20,951 bases of DNA, taken from positions 1 through 20,951 of the forward strand of contig NW_021823911.1 of NCBI RefSeq assembly GCF_006345805.1, in the 5' to 3' direction. The position numbers and the translations under genes were made by a program. Positions 10,740 through 20,930 of the stretch are shown here, piece after piece. Under the pieces are notes generated by a model. It did no database searches. It saw only the letters and a program-made list of their open reading frames with translations, and was not told the DNA's origin. The stretch's first letter is position 1; the number at the start of each line of letters is the position of its first letter. This stretch comes from Octopus sinensis (Eukaryota).

Positions 10740-10986
10740 CAGGAAGCAAGGCAGTCTTCATCATACTGGTGGCCATGGTGAAAGAATAAGTGTGGTGGAC
10801 TCCAGCGAAAGGTTTAAAGACAAACACTAAACTCTCTGGCCAATCATTCAACAACTTTTTCAGGTACCACTTGAAAAGGAAGGTGAGAATAGAGAGGCAA
10901 GTTTTGTCTCATGAAAGTTTCAATAAAAGGTGGGTGAATGTAGCAAAGATGGTACACGCGGATGATGAAACCACTTTGAGCATGAT
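10740..10986 (-). other. Candidate exon with start codon: 5' UTR + MATSMMKTALLP(G), phase-1 donor
   Basis: Non-repetitive island; CACCATGG Kozak-like context (ATG 10776-10774); donor CTG|GTATGT at 10740/10739; pyrimidine-tract acceptors ending ...TTTACAAG (10987) or ...CTTTTCAAG (~10870). No homology recognised. Confidence 0.35.
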
Positions 10987-11333
10987 CTTGTAAATCGAAA
11001 AAAAGAGAGAGACAGATCGCTTTGCTCTCTTGTTTTTTTTCCCTCACTGCTTGAGGTTACTGTGGTCTTTTCCATAGGCTTTTCTTTCCACAGATAAACC
11101 TAATTTGTTTTTACATTTATGATATTTTCTGTGATACACGATCCCTTTTGATCGCTTTTTCTTTTTTTTTTACACTGTCCCTTTTGATCAAAATTTTTAT
11201 TTTTCTCCTTTTTTCTATTTTCGAAAAGAAAAGCTCTACATTGTATTTTGTCCCCTCTGTGGCTAATAAAGAAACTTATCTATCTATTTGTCTATCCATC
11301 CATCCATCCCCCCACCTATATATACATATATAC

Positions 11334-11385
<52 letters not shown>

Positions 11386-11387
11386 AC

Positions 11388-11500
11388 CTGCTCACTTAGC
11401 CAGCGGGGTGGTGTCATTTGAAGGCTAAAACAATGTGAAGTGCATTGTGACCGGCGATGTGTAGCAACATCTGATACCCTTGACAGTCACGTGATCATGT
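11388..11500 (+). mobile_element. Family D SINE 3' fragment
   Basis: Reverse-complement match to 16752-16862; ends TCACGTGATCATGTGAT. Confidence 0.85.
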
Positions 11501-11959
11501 GATATATATTTATATATGTATCTGTACAAATAAATGGTTGCATGAAATCGATAAAGCGTGACTGATTAGTGTAAATACAGATGTGTGTGTGTATATTGGA
11601 ACTCTGCAAAGAAATTATATTTTTTAAAGCAAAATAATTTCTTGTTAGAAATTCGTTATCTGTTCTGCCTGACATCTGTACAGATGCAGATGATTAGATT
11701 GATATCAGATGTGTTATGGGTGTCGAGAAAAATGGAAATGAAAATCGAAATGTGAAATTACAAAGTATCATAGTTCCCATCTGATACACACACACACATA
11801 TATGTATATATATATGTATATATATATATAATGTGTGTCTGTGTTTGTTAGAAGAAAAATATTCTTAATAATTATTGACTTGATAAAAAATAATTTGCTT
11901 GTTTTTGAACTCTTTAAATGTAAGCTTTGTTTTTGAATACACAATGAAATGAATACACA

Positions 11960-11993
11960 ATGTATGTGTATGTATATATATATATGTGTGTGG

Positions 11994-12038
<45 letters not shown>

Positions 12039-12531
12039 GCTATGTGTATGTATACGTGTGTGTATGTATACATATGTGTGAGTGTATTTGTATACATATA
12101 TATATGTGTGTGTGTGTGTGTGCATGTATATATATATATGTGTGTGGGTGTATTTGTATACATATATGTGTGTGTATGTATATATATATATATATATATG
12201 TGTGTGTGAGTGTATTTGTATACATATATATATGTGTGTGTGTATGTATATATATGTGTGTGTGTGTGTATGTATATGTGTGGGTGTATTTGTATACATA
12301 TATGTGTGTGTATGTATGTATATATATATATATATGTGTGTGTGAGTGTATTTGTATACATATATATATGTGTGTATGTATATATATGTGTGGGTGTATT
12401 TGTATACATATATATGTGTGTGTGTGTGTATGTATATATATATATATATATGTGTGTGTGTGAGTGTATTTGTATACATATATATATGTATGTATGCATG
12501 TATGTATATACATGTGTGTGTGTGTATATAT
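11960..12531. repeat. Compound (TA)n/(TG)n minisatellite with repeated GTGTATTTGTATACATAT anchor
   Basis: Anchor recurs about 7 times at roughly 45-75 bp spacing. Confidence 0.9.
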
Positions 12532-12989
12532 ATTCTCACAATGATTATCAATATCGATCTATCAAGTATCAATCAGTTTTTTTAAATGATATTTTTGTCG
12601 AAACCTATCAACGTTCAAATGCAAATAACATTAAAAAAAACAAAAGACATTGAATTCTTTAGTCAGTTATTAATTTCTAAATCCTTCCCAACAATAATCA
12701 TTCCAATATGTAAGACTGAAGTGTTCCTTCTCATATTTCCTTTCCTTTTTCTATCATCAATATATTTTCACGTTACATTAAAATTTAAAAGAAAAATACT
12801 TCGAGGCAATTCACTGATTGTTTAAAAAAAAACTTCAATACCAAGGGCAGATAACTCCATGTCAAAGTGAACTAATAAAAGGGAAGCCTTTCTCTGAACT
12901 GGTCGCTGGATTTGCTAGAAATAGCAACTATACCTACTCTAACCCTTTAGCAGTCAAATTATTCTGTCAAATGTAATGTTTTTTTGAAG

Positions 12990-13185
12990 GTTCACGGTGT
13001 AGTGGTTAGGGTTTTCAGCCCACAATTGTAAGATCCTGAGTTCAAAATCCAGTGGTGCATTGTGGCCTTGAGCAAGAAACTTTATTTCTCATTGCTCCAG
13101 TTCACTTAGCTGGCATAAATGCATTGTACCTGTCATTCAAAAGGGGCCAGCCTTGTCATGTTCTGTGTCATGCTGAATCTCCCAG
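12990..13185 (+). mobile_element. Old tRNA-derived SINE (family E)
   Basis: A-box-like GGTGTAGTGG, B-box-like GAGTTCAAAATCC, then CCTTGAGCAAG...TTGCTCCAGTTCACTTAGCTG typical of conserved SINE central domains; single copy here. Confidence 0.65.
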
Positions 13186-13392
13186 ATGATGGATGAGATG
13201 ATTTCTGAAGACAAATACCTCACTTTAGCAGACTTTCAACAATATGTCTGCTTGAAGTATGATACAAAAATTGCTATTTTGAACTAATACTGCTTCCATC
13301 ACTAATTACTAATTACAAAATTTGGTACAAGCCCAACCATTTCAGGAGAAAATTAGATGGTCGATTACATGCACATCAGTAATTTACTGGTC

Positions 13393-13424
<32 letters not shown>

Positions 13425-13425
<1 letters not shown>

Positions 13426-13634
13426 GTTTCAAATTTTGGCACAAGGCCAGTAAATTTTTGGGGAGGCGATAAGTCGATTACATTTACCCCAGTACTCAAC
13501 TGGTACTTTATTGATCCCAAAAGGACGAATGGCAAAGTCAGCATCGGTGGAATTTGAATTCAGAACGCTAAGACAAATAAAATTCCGCAAAGCGTTTTGC
13601 CTGGCCTGCTAACGATTCTGCCAGCTTGCCACCT
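13425..13634 (-). mobile_element. Diverged family C SINE (older fragment also at ~13310-13392)
   Basis: Matches 15384-15550 and 15786-16013; abuts (AAT)n. Confidence 0.85.
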
Positions 13635-13976
13635 TATTAATGATAGTAATAATAAAAACAGTAATAATAATGCAACAATTTTCTTCTGCAAAAAGAAAAA
13701 AAAACTCGTAGTTCCACGATGAAAACCGAATCAATTGGTAATAAAGAAACAATGCATACAATTACGAAACGGTCCATGGACTAAATTCAAAAATAATTCT
13801 GAAATTCTAAAAAGAATCGCATAAATACGCACTAAAAATTATTATTTTTTTTTTTATATTCTAAAATTAATTTATAGAGTTAAAAATAGCTAATTCAGTA
13901 AAATCAATAAAATTTTGTTGGTTTAAATATCAACATGGCGGCTATAACGGTAGTTTCTCTGTTTGATGATACGTTC

Positions 13977-14500
13977 AAAAGAGAGAGAGAGAGGGGGAGA
14001 GAAAGAGAGAGAGATTGAGAGATACATATGTACAAAGAGAGGAGATTGTGCGAGTGAGAGGGAAAGAGAGGGAGGGAGAGGGGAAGAGAGGGAGAGAGAG
14101 TGAGGGAGAGAGATTGAGAGATACATATGTACAAAGAGAGGATTGTGTGAGTGAGAGGGGGAGGGAAAGAGAGGGGAAAGGGAGAGGGTGAGAGACAGAG
14201 AGGGAGAAAGAGGGGAGAGAGAGGAGAGAGAGTGAGGGGGAGAGAGAGTGAGAGGGAGGGGAGAGGGAGAGATAGAGAGGGAGATTGAGATTGAGAGAGA
14301 GGGAGAGAGAGAGAAGGAGAGATTGAGAGATACATATGTACAAAGAGAGGGGGAGATTGTGTGAGTGAGAGGGAGAGAGAGAGAGAGATTGAGAGATACA
14401 TATGTACAAAGAAATGAGGAGATAGTGAGAGAGACAGACAGGCAGACAGACAGAGAGAGATGGAGAAAGAGGTAGATGGAAAGAGAGAGAGAGAGAGAGT
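13977..14500. repeat. Purine-rich (GA)n-derived minisatellite
   Basis: Four copies of GAGATTGAGAGATACATATGTACAAAGA within A/G tracts. Confidence 0.9.
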
Positions 14501-14733
14501 CGGGGGTGGGGGTGGAAATCTTTTTGAGACAGAGAAACGTCTTTGCAATTTTGCTTTCCTTCTTGTTGAAACAGTTGCTTCTTTGTGGAAGAGATGGAGA
14601 GGAGGAAAAGAGGAAGACACAGCTTTTCCTGCAAGAAGGAAATGTGATTGAAATAAAACCGTAATGAATTAATTGAAAGGAAAACTAATATTTAAAATAG
14701 AATTAACAATAAAATCCATCGAGTCACTTGATT

Positions 14734-15382
14734 TTGCTGCTGCTGCTGCTGCTGCTACTGAGAGAAATAACAACAACAGCAACAACAACAACAATAATAA
14801 TAATAATGATGATGATGATAATAATAGTAATAATAGTAATAATGATAATAGTAATAATAATGATGATGATTATGATGATGATGATAATAATAGTAATAAT
14901 AATAATAATAATAATGATAATAATAATAGTAATAATAATAATGATAATAATAATGATTATGATGATGATAATGATAATAATAGTAATAATAATAATAATA
15001 ATGATAATAATGATAATAATAATAGTAATAATAATAATGATAATAATAATGATTATGATGATGATAATGATAATAATAGTAATAATAATAATAATAATGA
15101 TTATAATGATAATGATAATAATAGTAATAATAATAATGATAATGATAATGATTATAATGATAATGATAATAATAGTAATAATAATAATAATAATAATGAT
15201 GATAATGATAATAATAGTAATAATAATGATAATGATAATGATTATAATGATAATGATAATAATAGTAATAATGATAATGATAATGATTATAATGATAATG
15301 ATAATAATAGTAATAATAATAATAAAATAATGATGATAATGATAATGATAATAATAGTAATAATAATGATGATGATGATAAT
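14734..15382. repeat. (TGC)n/(AAC)n followed by long (AAT/GAT)n satellite with higher-order units
   Basis: Trinucleotide array with recurring AATAGTAAT and GATTAT variants. Confidence 0.95.
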
Positions 15383-15383
15383 A

Positions 15384-16013
15384 TTTTCTATTCTAGGCAG
15401 AACGCCTGAAATTTTTGGGGAGGGGAGAGCCATTCGATTAGATTGACACCAGTATGCAACTTGTACCTAATTTTAGTGACTCTGAAAGGATAAAAGACAA
15501 AGTCGACTTTGGTGGAATTTGAACTCAGAACGTAAAGACGGACAAAATACTTATTTATTTACTACCCACAAAGGGCTAAACAGAGAGAGGACAGACAAAT
15601 GGATTAAGTCGATTACATCGACCCCAGTGTGTGGCTGGTACTTATTTAATCGACCCCAAAAGGATGAAAGGCAAAGTTGACCTCGGCAGAATTTGAACTC
15701 AGAACGTAGCGGCAGGCGAAATATCACTAAGCATTTCGCCCGGTGTGCTAACGATTCTGCCAGCTCGCTGCCTAAAATAAATATATTTCTTTATTGCCCA
15801 CAAGGGGCTAAACACAGAGAGGACAAACAAGGACAGACAAATGGATTAAGTCGATTACATCGACCCCAGTGTGTAACTAGTACTTATTTAATCGACCCCG
15901 AAAGGATGAAAGGCAAAGTCGACCTCGGCGGAATTTGAACTCAGAACGTAAAGACAGACGAAATACTGCTAAGCATTTCGCCCGGCGTGCTAACGATTCT
16001 GCCAGCTCACTGC
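15384..16013 (-). mobile_element. Three head-to-tail family C SINEs (about 15384-15550, 15553-15772, 15786-16013)
   Basis: Each has GAGTTCAAATTC (B-box-like) plus the core; the last two have heads GGCAG(C/T)GAGCTGGCAGAATCGTTAGC. Two different 3' tails are used. Confidence 0.9.
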
Positions 16014-16364
16014 CTTTTTTTATGATAATGATAATAATAGTGGTGATAATAATAAAGATGATGATGATAACAATAACAAGCTGTATATCAAAAATAAGAA
16101 CAGTAAACTGAGTTAATTTCATTATATTCATGTTGTTTAGAAGAGACAAATTTTATTAATAAACATACGAAACACAAATTACATCCGGGCCATTTTCCTG
16201 TCGTCTGTTTTAACCATTAAAAGTTTGCAATGCTCCAAATCGAGTGTATTTTTTCTTCTTCCTTCCTTCCTTCCTCTCTTTTGTATGCGATCTTAGATTG
16301 TGTGAACATACATGTAAATACACGTGTGTGTGTGTGTGTGAGTATGTACATATATATATATATA

Positions 16365-16749
16365 CTAGCAGTATCACCCGGCGTTGCTCAGGTTTGTAAG
16401 GGAAATAACTATAAAGCATTTTTAGAGAGTTATAGCCAAAAAATAGCAAAAAAATGGAAAAAAAATGATGGTAAATTTTTTTTGAGATTTAAAAAAGGTG
16501 GAGTTGCGCCCCCTAGACAGTTTGTGGTTCGTGTTTCTGATTCTCGACCCCATGTCGAATTTATCGATTTTTTTCAGAACTGGGGAAACTTTTCAAAATT
16601 TTCGCTGCGTTAGTTTTGAATTATGACATTGGGCTATGTGTGTGTCAAGTTTCATCAGAATCGGTTGAAAGCCGTGGTCAGGGTGAGGGTACAAGCAAAC
16701 AGACACACAGAAACACGCACAGACAAACTGCCGTTTATATAGAGAGAGA
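16365..16749 (-). mobile_element. Non-autonomous Helitron
   Basis: Minus strand: 5' TCTCTCTCTATATAAACGG; 3' CCTGAGCAACGCCGGGTGATACTGCTAG followed by T. Confidence 0.85.
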
Positions 16750-16750
16750 T

Positions 16751-17052
16751 ATCATCACGTGACCGACCAGTCCATCAGATGTAGTTACACATCGCTGGTC
16801 ACAATGCGTTTGCATTGTTTTAGCCTTCGAATGACGCCACCCCGCTAGCTAAGCGAGCAGGCCAACAGAAGAAAGAGTGGGAGAAAGAGTGGTGAAAGAG
16901 TACAGCAGGGATCGCCACCCCCTCCCAGAGCCTCGTGGAGCTTTTAGGTGTTTTCGCTCAATAAACACTCACAACGCCCGGTCTGGGAATTGAAACCGCG
17001 ATCCTACGACCGCGAGTCCGCTACCCTAACCACTAGGCCATTGCGCCTCCAC
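16751..17052 (-). mobile_element. Full-length tRNA-derived SINE (family D)
   Basis: Minus-strand head GGAGGCGCAATGGCCTAGTGGTTAGGG (A box) and GGTTTCAATTCC (B-box-like); tail CACGTGATGAT; second copy at 11388. Confidence 0.85.
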
Positions 17053-17293
17053 ATATATATATATATATATATATATGTTCTGAAATCTCCTTTACCCTAT
17101 TTCTACAATTAAAAAATCTATATTGCTTCTAGCCTTACAGCAGTTAGGAACAGCCACATCTTAGTCAGTCAGTGGAAGGACTTCACTACCTCAAGTGTTC
17201 TTAAAATTTAAATCCACATCTTTGTCTGTATATCTACCTTCTCTATAATGTTGCCAGTTGATTTGAAAATTTTTGTATTAATGGAAAACCTCT

Positions 17294-17388
17294 ATAATTG
17301 GCTGATGAGTACTCAGCATCTTAAATCTGTTGTAATACTTACAACATTTAATAAAATGATGTAGTATGAAACGATCGTACCAAATTAT
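17294..17388 (+). ncRNA. Type I hammerhead ribozyme motif with extended stem II (Penelope-like context)
   Basis: ATAATTGG-CTGATGA-GTACT...AGTAT-GAAA-CGATCG-TA-CCA(A)ATTAT: intact core, stems I and II, palindromic stem III ACGATCGT, GUA cleavage triplet (17377-17379). Confidence 0.8.
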
Positions 17389-17413
17389 CGGAGTCATTCT
17401 TGTTGCTTATTTT

Positions 17414-17449
<36 letters not shown>

Positions 17450-17457
<8 letters not shown>

Positions 17458-17870
17458 GATATAAATTGGACATGGGCGATCGTTGTATTCTTTCTTGTCT
17501 TGAGGTTCACAGCCAAACGGGGGGTGAAAGATGGATTCGTGTGAAAAATGGCACACAAGCGGAGACAGGTGCATAGATTGGAATGCAGTTTATAGTTTTT
17601 TTCTAACCCCCATACATACCGAGAAAATCGATTAAAACTTTTTCTAATGGAATTTCCCTCTTTCTTCTGCCATTAAAACAACCAGTTGCTTAGAAGCTGT
17701 TTTCTGACGGAGTGGGGTCAGGAAATTTTCATATAGTTGGAGGCTCCAATCGAAACAGGGGACCCAAAAATTATAAGGTTGACAAACGCTGTTATAGATT
17801 ATGCCTAACCGAAAATGATCACAGCCACATCATCCCAACAGGCCGGGTGAAACCGGGCTTTAGCTGCTAG
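17450..17870 (+). mobile_element. Non-autonomous Helitron (different family)
   Basis: 3' hairpin CCGGGTGAAACCGG and GCTGCTAG followed by T; the 5' end merges into (TA)n, so the start is approximate. Confidence 0.7.
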
Positions 17871-17885
17871 TATATATATATACGT

Positions 17886-18106
17886 TTGCCAGCTCTGTCT
17901 GGCACCAGTGCGGGTGGCACGTAAAAAGCACCCACTACACTCACGGAGTGGTTGGCGTTAGGAAGGGCATCCAGCCGTAGAAACACTGCCAGATTTGACT
18001 GGGCCTGATGAAGCCTTCTGGCTTCACAGACCCCAGTAGAACCGTCCAACCCATGCTAGCATGGAAAACGGACGCTAAATGATGATGATGATGATGATGA
18101 TGATGA
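17886..18106 (+). mobile_element. Family A retroposon 3' part
   Basis: Near-identical to 718-934. Confidence 0.9.
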
Positions 18107-18120
18107 TATATATATATATA

Positions 18121-18330
18121 TAAAGTTAATCCAAACAAGAAAACAAAAACAAAAAACACAACAACGCAAGGACGTGGAACAAAGTATTATTGGATGCTCA
18201 GGAAAGAAGGGAAGAAGGAGGGTTTGACGTTTCGAGCGGAGCTCTTCGTCGGAAACATAGGAGAAGGAAAGATCCAGAGAAGGGAAGACAGAGGAAAAAA
18301 ATTGCTAGTGATACAGACGAGGTCACATAC
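18121..18330 (-). mobile_element. Penelope-like element terminal-repeat remnant
   Basis: Contains a minimal hammerhead and is bounded by TA tracts; the assignment is inferred from the ribozyme architecture. Confidence 0.55.
18222..18256 (-). ncRNA. Minimal type I hammerhead ribozyme variant
   Basis: Minus strand: GTTT-CCGACGA-A-GAGC-TCC-GCTC-GAAA-CG-TC-AAAC; core has C in place of U4; stem III is reduced to the palindrome ACGT. Confidence 0.65.
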
Positions 18331-18369
18331 TAATATACTATATACTATATATATATATATATATATATA

Positions 18370-18409
<40 letters not shown>

Positions 18410-18542
18410 TATATATATATCACTCTATATGTATATTATAGTCACTATATATATATATATAGATACTATATATATATATATATATATATCACTATATATA
18501 TATATATATATATATCTATCACTATATATTATATCTATTATA

Positions 18543-18582
<40 letters not shown>

Positions 18583-18695
18583 TATATATATATATATATA
18601 TTATATATATTATCACTATATATATATATATATCACTATATATATATATATATATCACTATATATACTATATATATATATATAATATATAATATA
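18331..18695. repeat. (TA)n array punctuated by CAC
   Basis: Repeated ATCACTAT anchors. Confidence 0.95.
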
Positions 18696-18803
18696 TCGCA
18701 CACACACACACACACAACACATATATATAATATTTTGTGTGTGTATGTTCGAATTTACAAACAAGAAGAGTACTCAATACAGAAATAAAGTGTATTAAGG
18801 TGT

Positions 18804-18890
18804 TGAGCTGGCAGAAACGCTAGCACGCCGGGTGAAATTTGTAGCTGTATTTCGTCTGCTGTTACGTTTGATTTCTGTCCATCAAATTCA
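18804..18890 (+). mobile_element. Family C SINE head fragment
   Basis: GAGCTGGCAGAAACGCTAGCACGCCGGGTGAAAT matches the reverse complement of 15975-16008. Confidence 0.8.
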
Positions 18891-18904
18891 CTCGCTAGCA
18901 TTAT

Positions 18905-18998
18905 AATAGAAGAAACTTGCCCAAGGTGCCATGCAGTGGGATTGAACACTGAAATCACAGAGTTACAAAGTGAGCTTCTTAACCATGCAACCATACCC
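18905..18998 (-). mobile_element. Diverged family B SINE head
   Basis: CTTGCCCAAGGTGCCATGCAGTGGGATTGAAC matches 7022-7052. Confidence 0.8.
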
Positions 18999-19341
18999 AT
19001 ATCTATAATTCATGTGTTTACATAAATTAATTAAAGCGATAACGAACATGAATCTATTGTAATAACAGCTTGGATTCATTTCCACAAATAATCAAAGTGG
19101 TAAAATAATGTCTATTCAATAACGAAGGCATTATTGAGTTCTGCACTGATTAACTTTTCTGAAAATTTTTAGAATATTGTAATTTCTGTTTATTATTAAT
19201 GAGGAAGATGTAATTACAAACGCAAACAAAATACATTTATATTCTTCGACTAAAAATGAAATATATTTAAGCACCATAATCATTATGCGTGTGTGTATGT
19301 ATGTATGTATGTAGGTAGGTAGGTAGGTAGGTATGTATGTA

Positions 19342-19530
19342 TGTGTGGTAAGTAGCTTGTTTACCAACCACATGGTTCCGGGTTCAGTCCCACTGCATGG
19401 CACCTTGGGCAAGTGTCTTCTACTATAGTCTTGGGCCAAGCAAAGCTTTGTGAGTGGATTTGGTAGACGGAAACTGAAAGAAGCCCATCATATATATATA
19501 TATATGTGGTAGTGTGAGTGTGTGTGTATG
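19342..19530 (+). mobile_element. Family B SINE, partial
   Basis: Matches 7930-8100. Confidence 0.9.
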
Positions 19531-19577
19531 TATGTACCTGCATGCCTATGTAAGTTTTGACAAATTACGTGAGTTCA

Positions 19578-19898
19578 TGGTGCCAGTAAGGCAACGCAGG
19601 TAATGATCACGCTCGAATGGTGCTTTTTATGTACCACCGCACAGAAGCCAGTTAGCTGCTCTGGCAACCAAATGCTCTTATGGTGCTCTTAGCACTCCAT
19701 TAGCACGGATGCCAGTCTTTGAATTTGATTTCGATTTCACTTGCCTCAACAGGTCTTCGCAAGCAGAGTTTAGTGTCCAATGAAGGAAAGGTACACATAA
19801 GTGGGCTGGTTACACCCCTGGCATAGGCCACGAGGTTATGGTCTCATGTGGCTTGCTGGGTCTTCCGAAGCACAGCATATTTCCAAAGGTCTCGGTCC
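19578..19898 (-). mobile_element. Family A upstream body/internal-unit region
   Basis: 19578-19710 aligns with 1756-1885 (GTGCCAGTAAGGC...GCTCGAATGGTG...GAAGCCAGTTAGC); the remainder is presumed to be the more 5' part of the element. Confidence 0.65.
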
Positions 19899-19899
19899 C

Positions 19900-20204
19900 C
19901 AATTTGCTACTTTGCTTGTGTGGATCCCCTTTGATTACTATTTTATTCTGGTGGACCCCTATAGCCATTCGATGTATAAAAACTAGTTTTACAGAAACTC
20001 CTTTCAAGACCCCTATTTTGCTCATCACACATTCTCTTGTGTAGTTTGGCCTATGTAAAATGTTAGACAAAGGAACCTAAAGGCAAAATTTTTTCAGGGT
20101 CCCTTAAAATACTATTGTAGACAATTTACTAGTTTGCTGTGTGGACCTCCAAAAACCCTACATGGACCCTCAAATGCTGTATGGATCCTGGTTGAGAATC
20201 CCTG
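19900..20204. mobile_element. Degraded hAT (Charlie-like) MITE
   Basis: Right end GGTTGAGAATCCCTG followed by GTCTACAC (Charlie-like TIR and target); repeated TGGA(C/T)CC subterminal motifs; left TIR not clearly found. Confidence 0.5.
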
Positions 20205-20371
20205 GTCTACACAGACAAACCCTGACACAGAGAAGACAGAGAAGATTAGCATCAGGCCAACAGCCAGAGGAGATCTCTCCCAAACTGAAAGACACCTATG
20301 AAAAAGCTGCTTGCTGGTTGATAGCAATTTATCATATTTTGGCGCAAAATTATGATTTCATCCTTCCAGCC

Positions 20372-20930
20372 ACCTCTCTCTCTCTCGCCTCCTTATTATA
20401 TCCCATATCTTGTTTCATATCACATTGCCCACCTCACGCCTCTTTCACCATTCTGCTTGTTTCACTCTCCTTTTTTCTCTCTCTCTCTCATCGTCCTGTC
20501 TATCTTTTTTGTCTCTCTCTCTCTCTCTCTCACCCTCCTTCAGTCTCTCTTTCTCTCTCTCTGTACAAACATTGTGTTTATTAACCAGACATATTGTCAC
20601 CATACAACATTTCATAGCAATTTGACTCAGTCTCTGGAGGCACATGCGTGTGGTACAAGCCATAAGCATGTGTGTTTGAATACTGCATATATATATGGAT
20701 ACGGTACTCTGTGTGTGTGTATATGTGTCTTTCTCAGTGTGTGTATATATGTTTCTTTACATACATACATACATACATACATATATACATGCATACACAC
20801 ACACACATATATATATATATATCCACTTACACACACATACACACATATATACACACAGAGCATAATATAGATGCATGTCTATATCTATATTATATGTATA
20901 TATTTATGTGGATGTGTGTGTGTGTGTCTG
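20372..20930. repeat. (CT)n-rich and (TA/CA/TG)n low-complexity tracts
   Basis: Read directly. Confidence 0.8.

Noticed and set aside
10905-10920. In-frame TGA as possible selenocysteine
   Set aside because: No recognisable selenoprotein motif or SECIS; more simply an upstream in-frame stop in a UTR.
11768-12653. Multiple long ORFs on both strands
   Set aside because: TA/TG minisatellite artefacts.
13203-13280. CTGAAGA plus AGCAGAC/GTCTGCT hairpin, possible decayed hammerhead
   Set aside because: GAAA and stems I and III cannot be assigned.
14010-14412. CRISPR-like repeat/spacer pattern
   Set aside because: Spacers are GA low-complexity of uneven length, the context is eukaryotic, and there are no cas genes.
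13904-14634. Ser/Leu-rich minus-strand ORFs
   Set aside because: (CT)n low-complexity translation.
14673-15446. 257-aa poly-Asn/Asp ORF
   Set aside because: (AAT)n satellite running into a SINE; non-ATG start and no domain or splice support.
16975-17052. tRNA-like sequence
   Set aside because: SINE head continuing into a repeated body; no complete cloverleaf or terminator.
18005-18030. CTGATGA-AGCC-TTCT-GGCT hammerhead-like start
   Set aside because: No GAAA follows, and the paralogous copy at ~838 reads CTGGTGT; chance mutation in a SINE.
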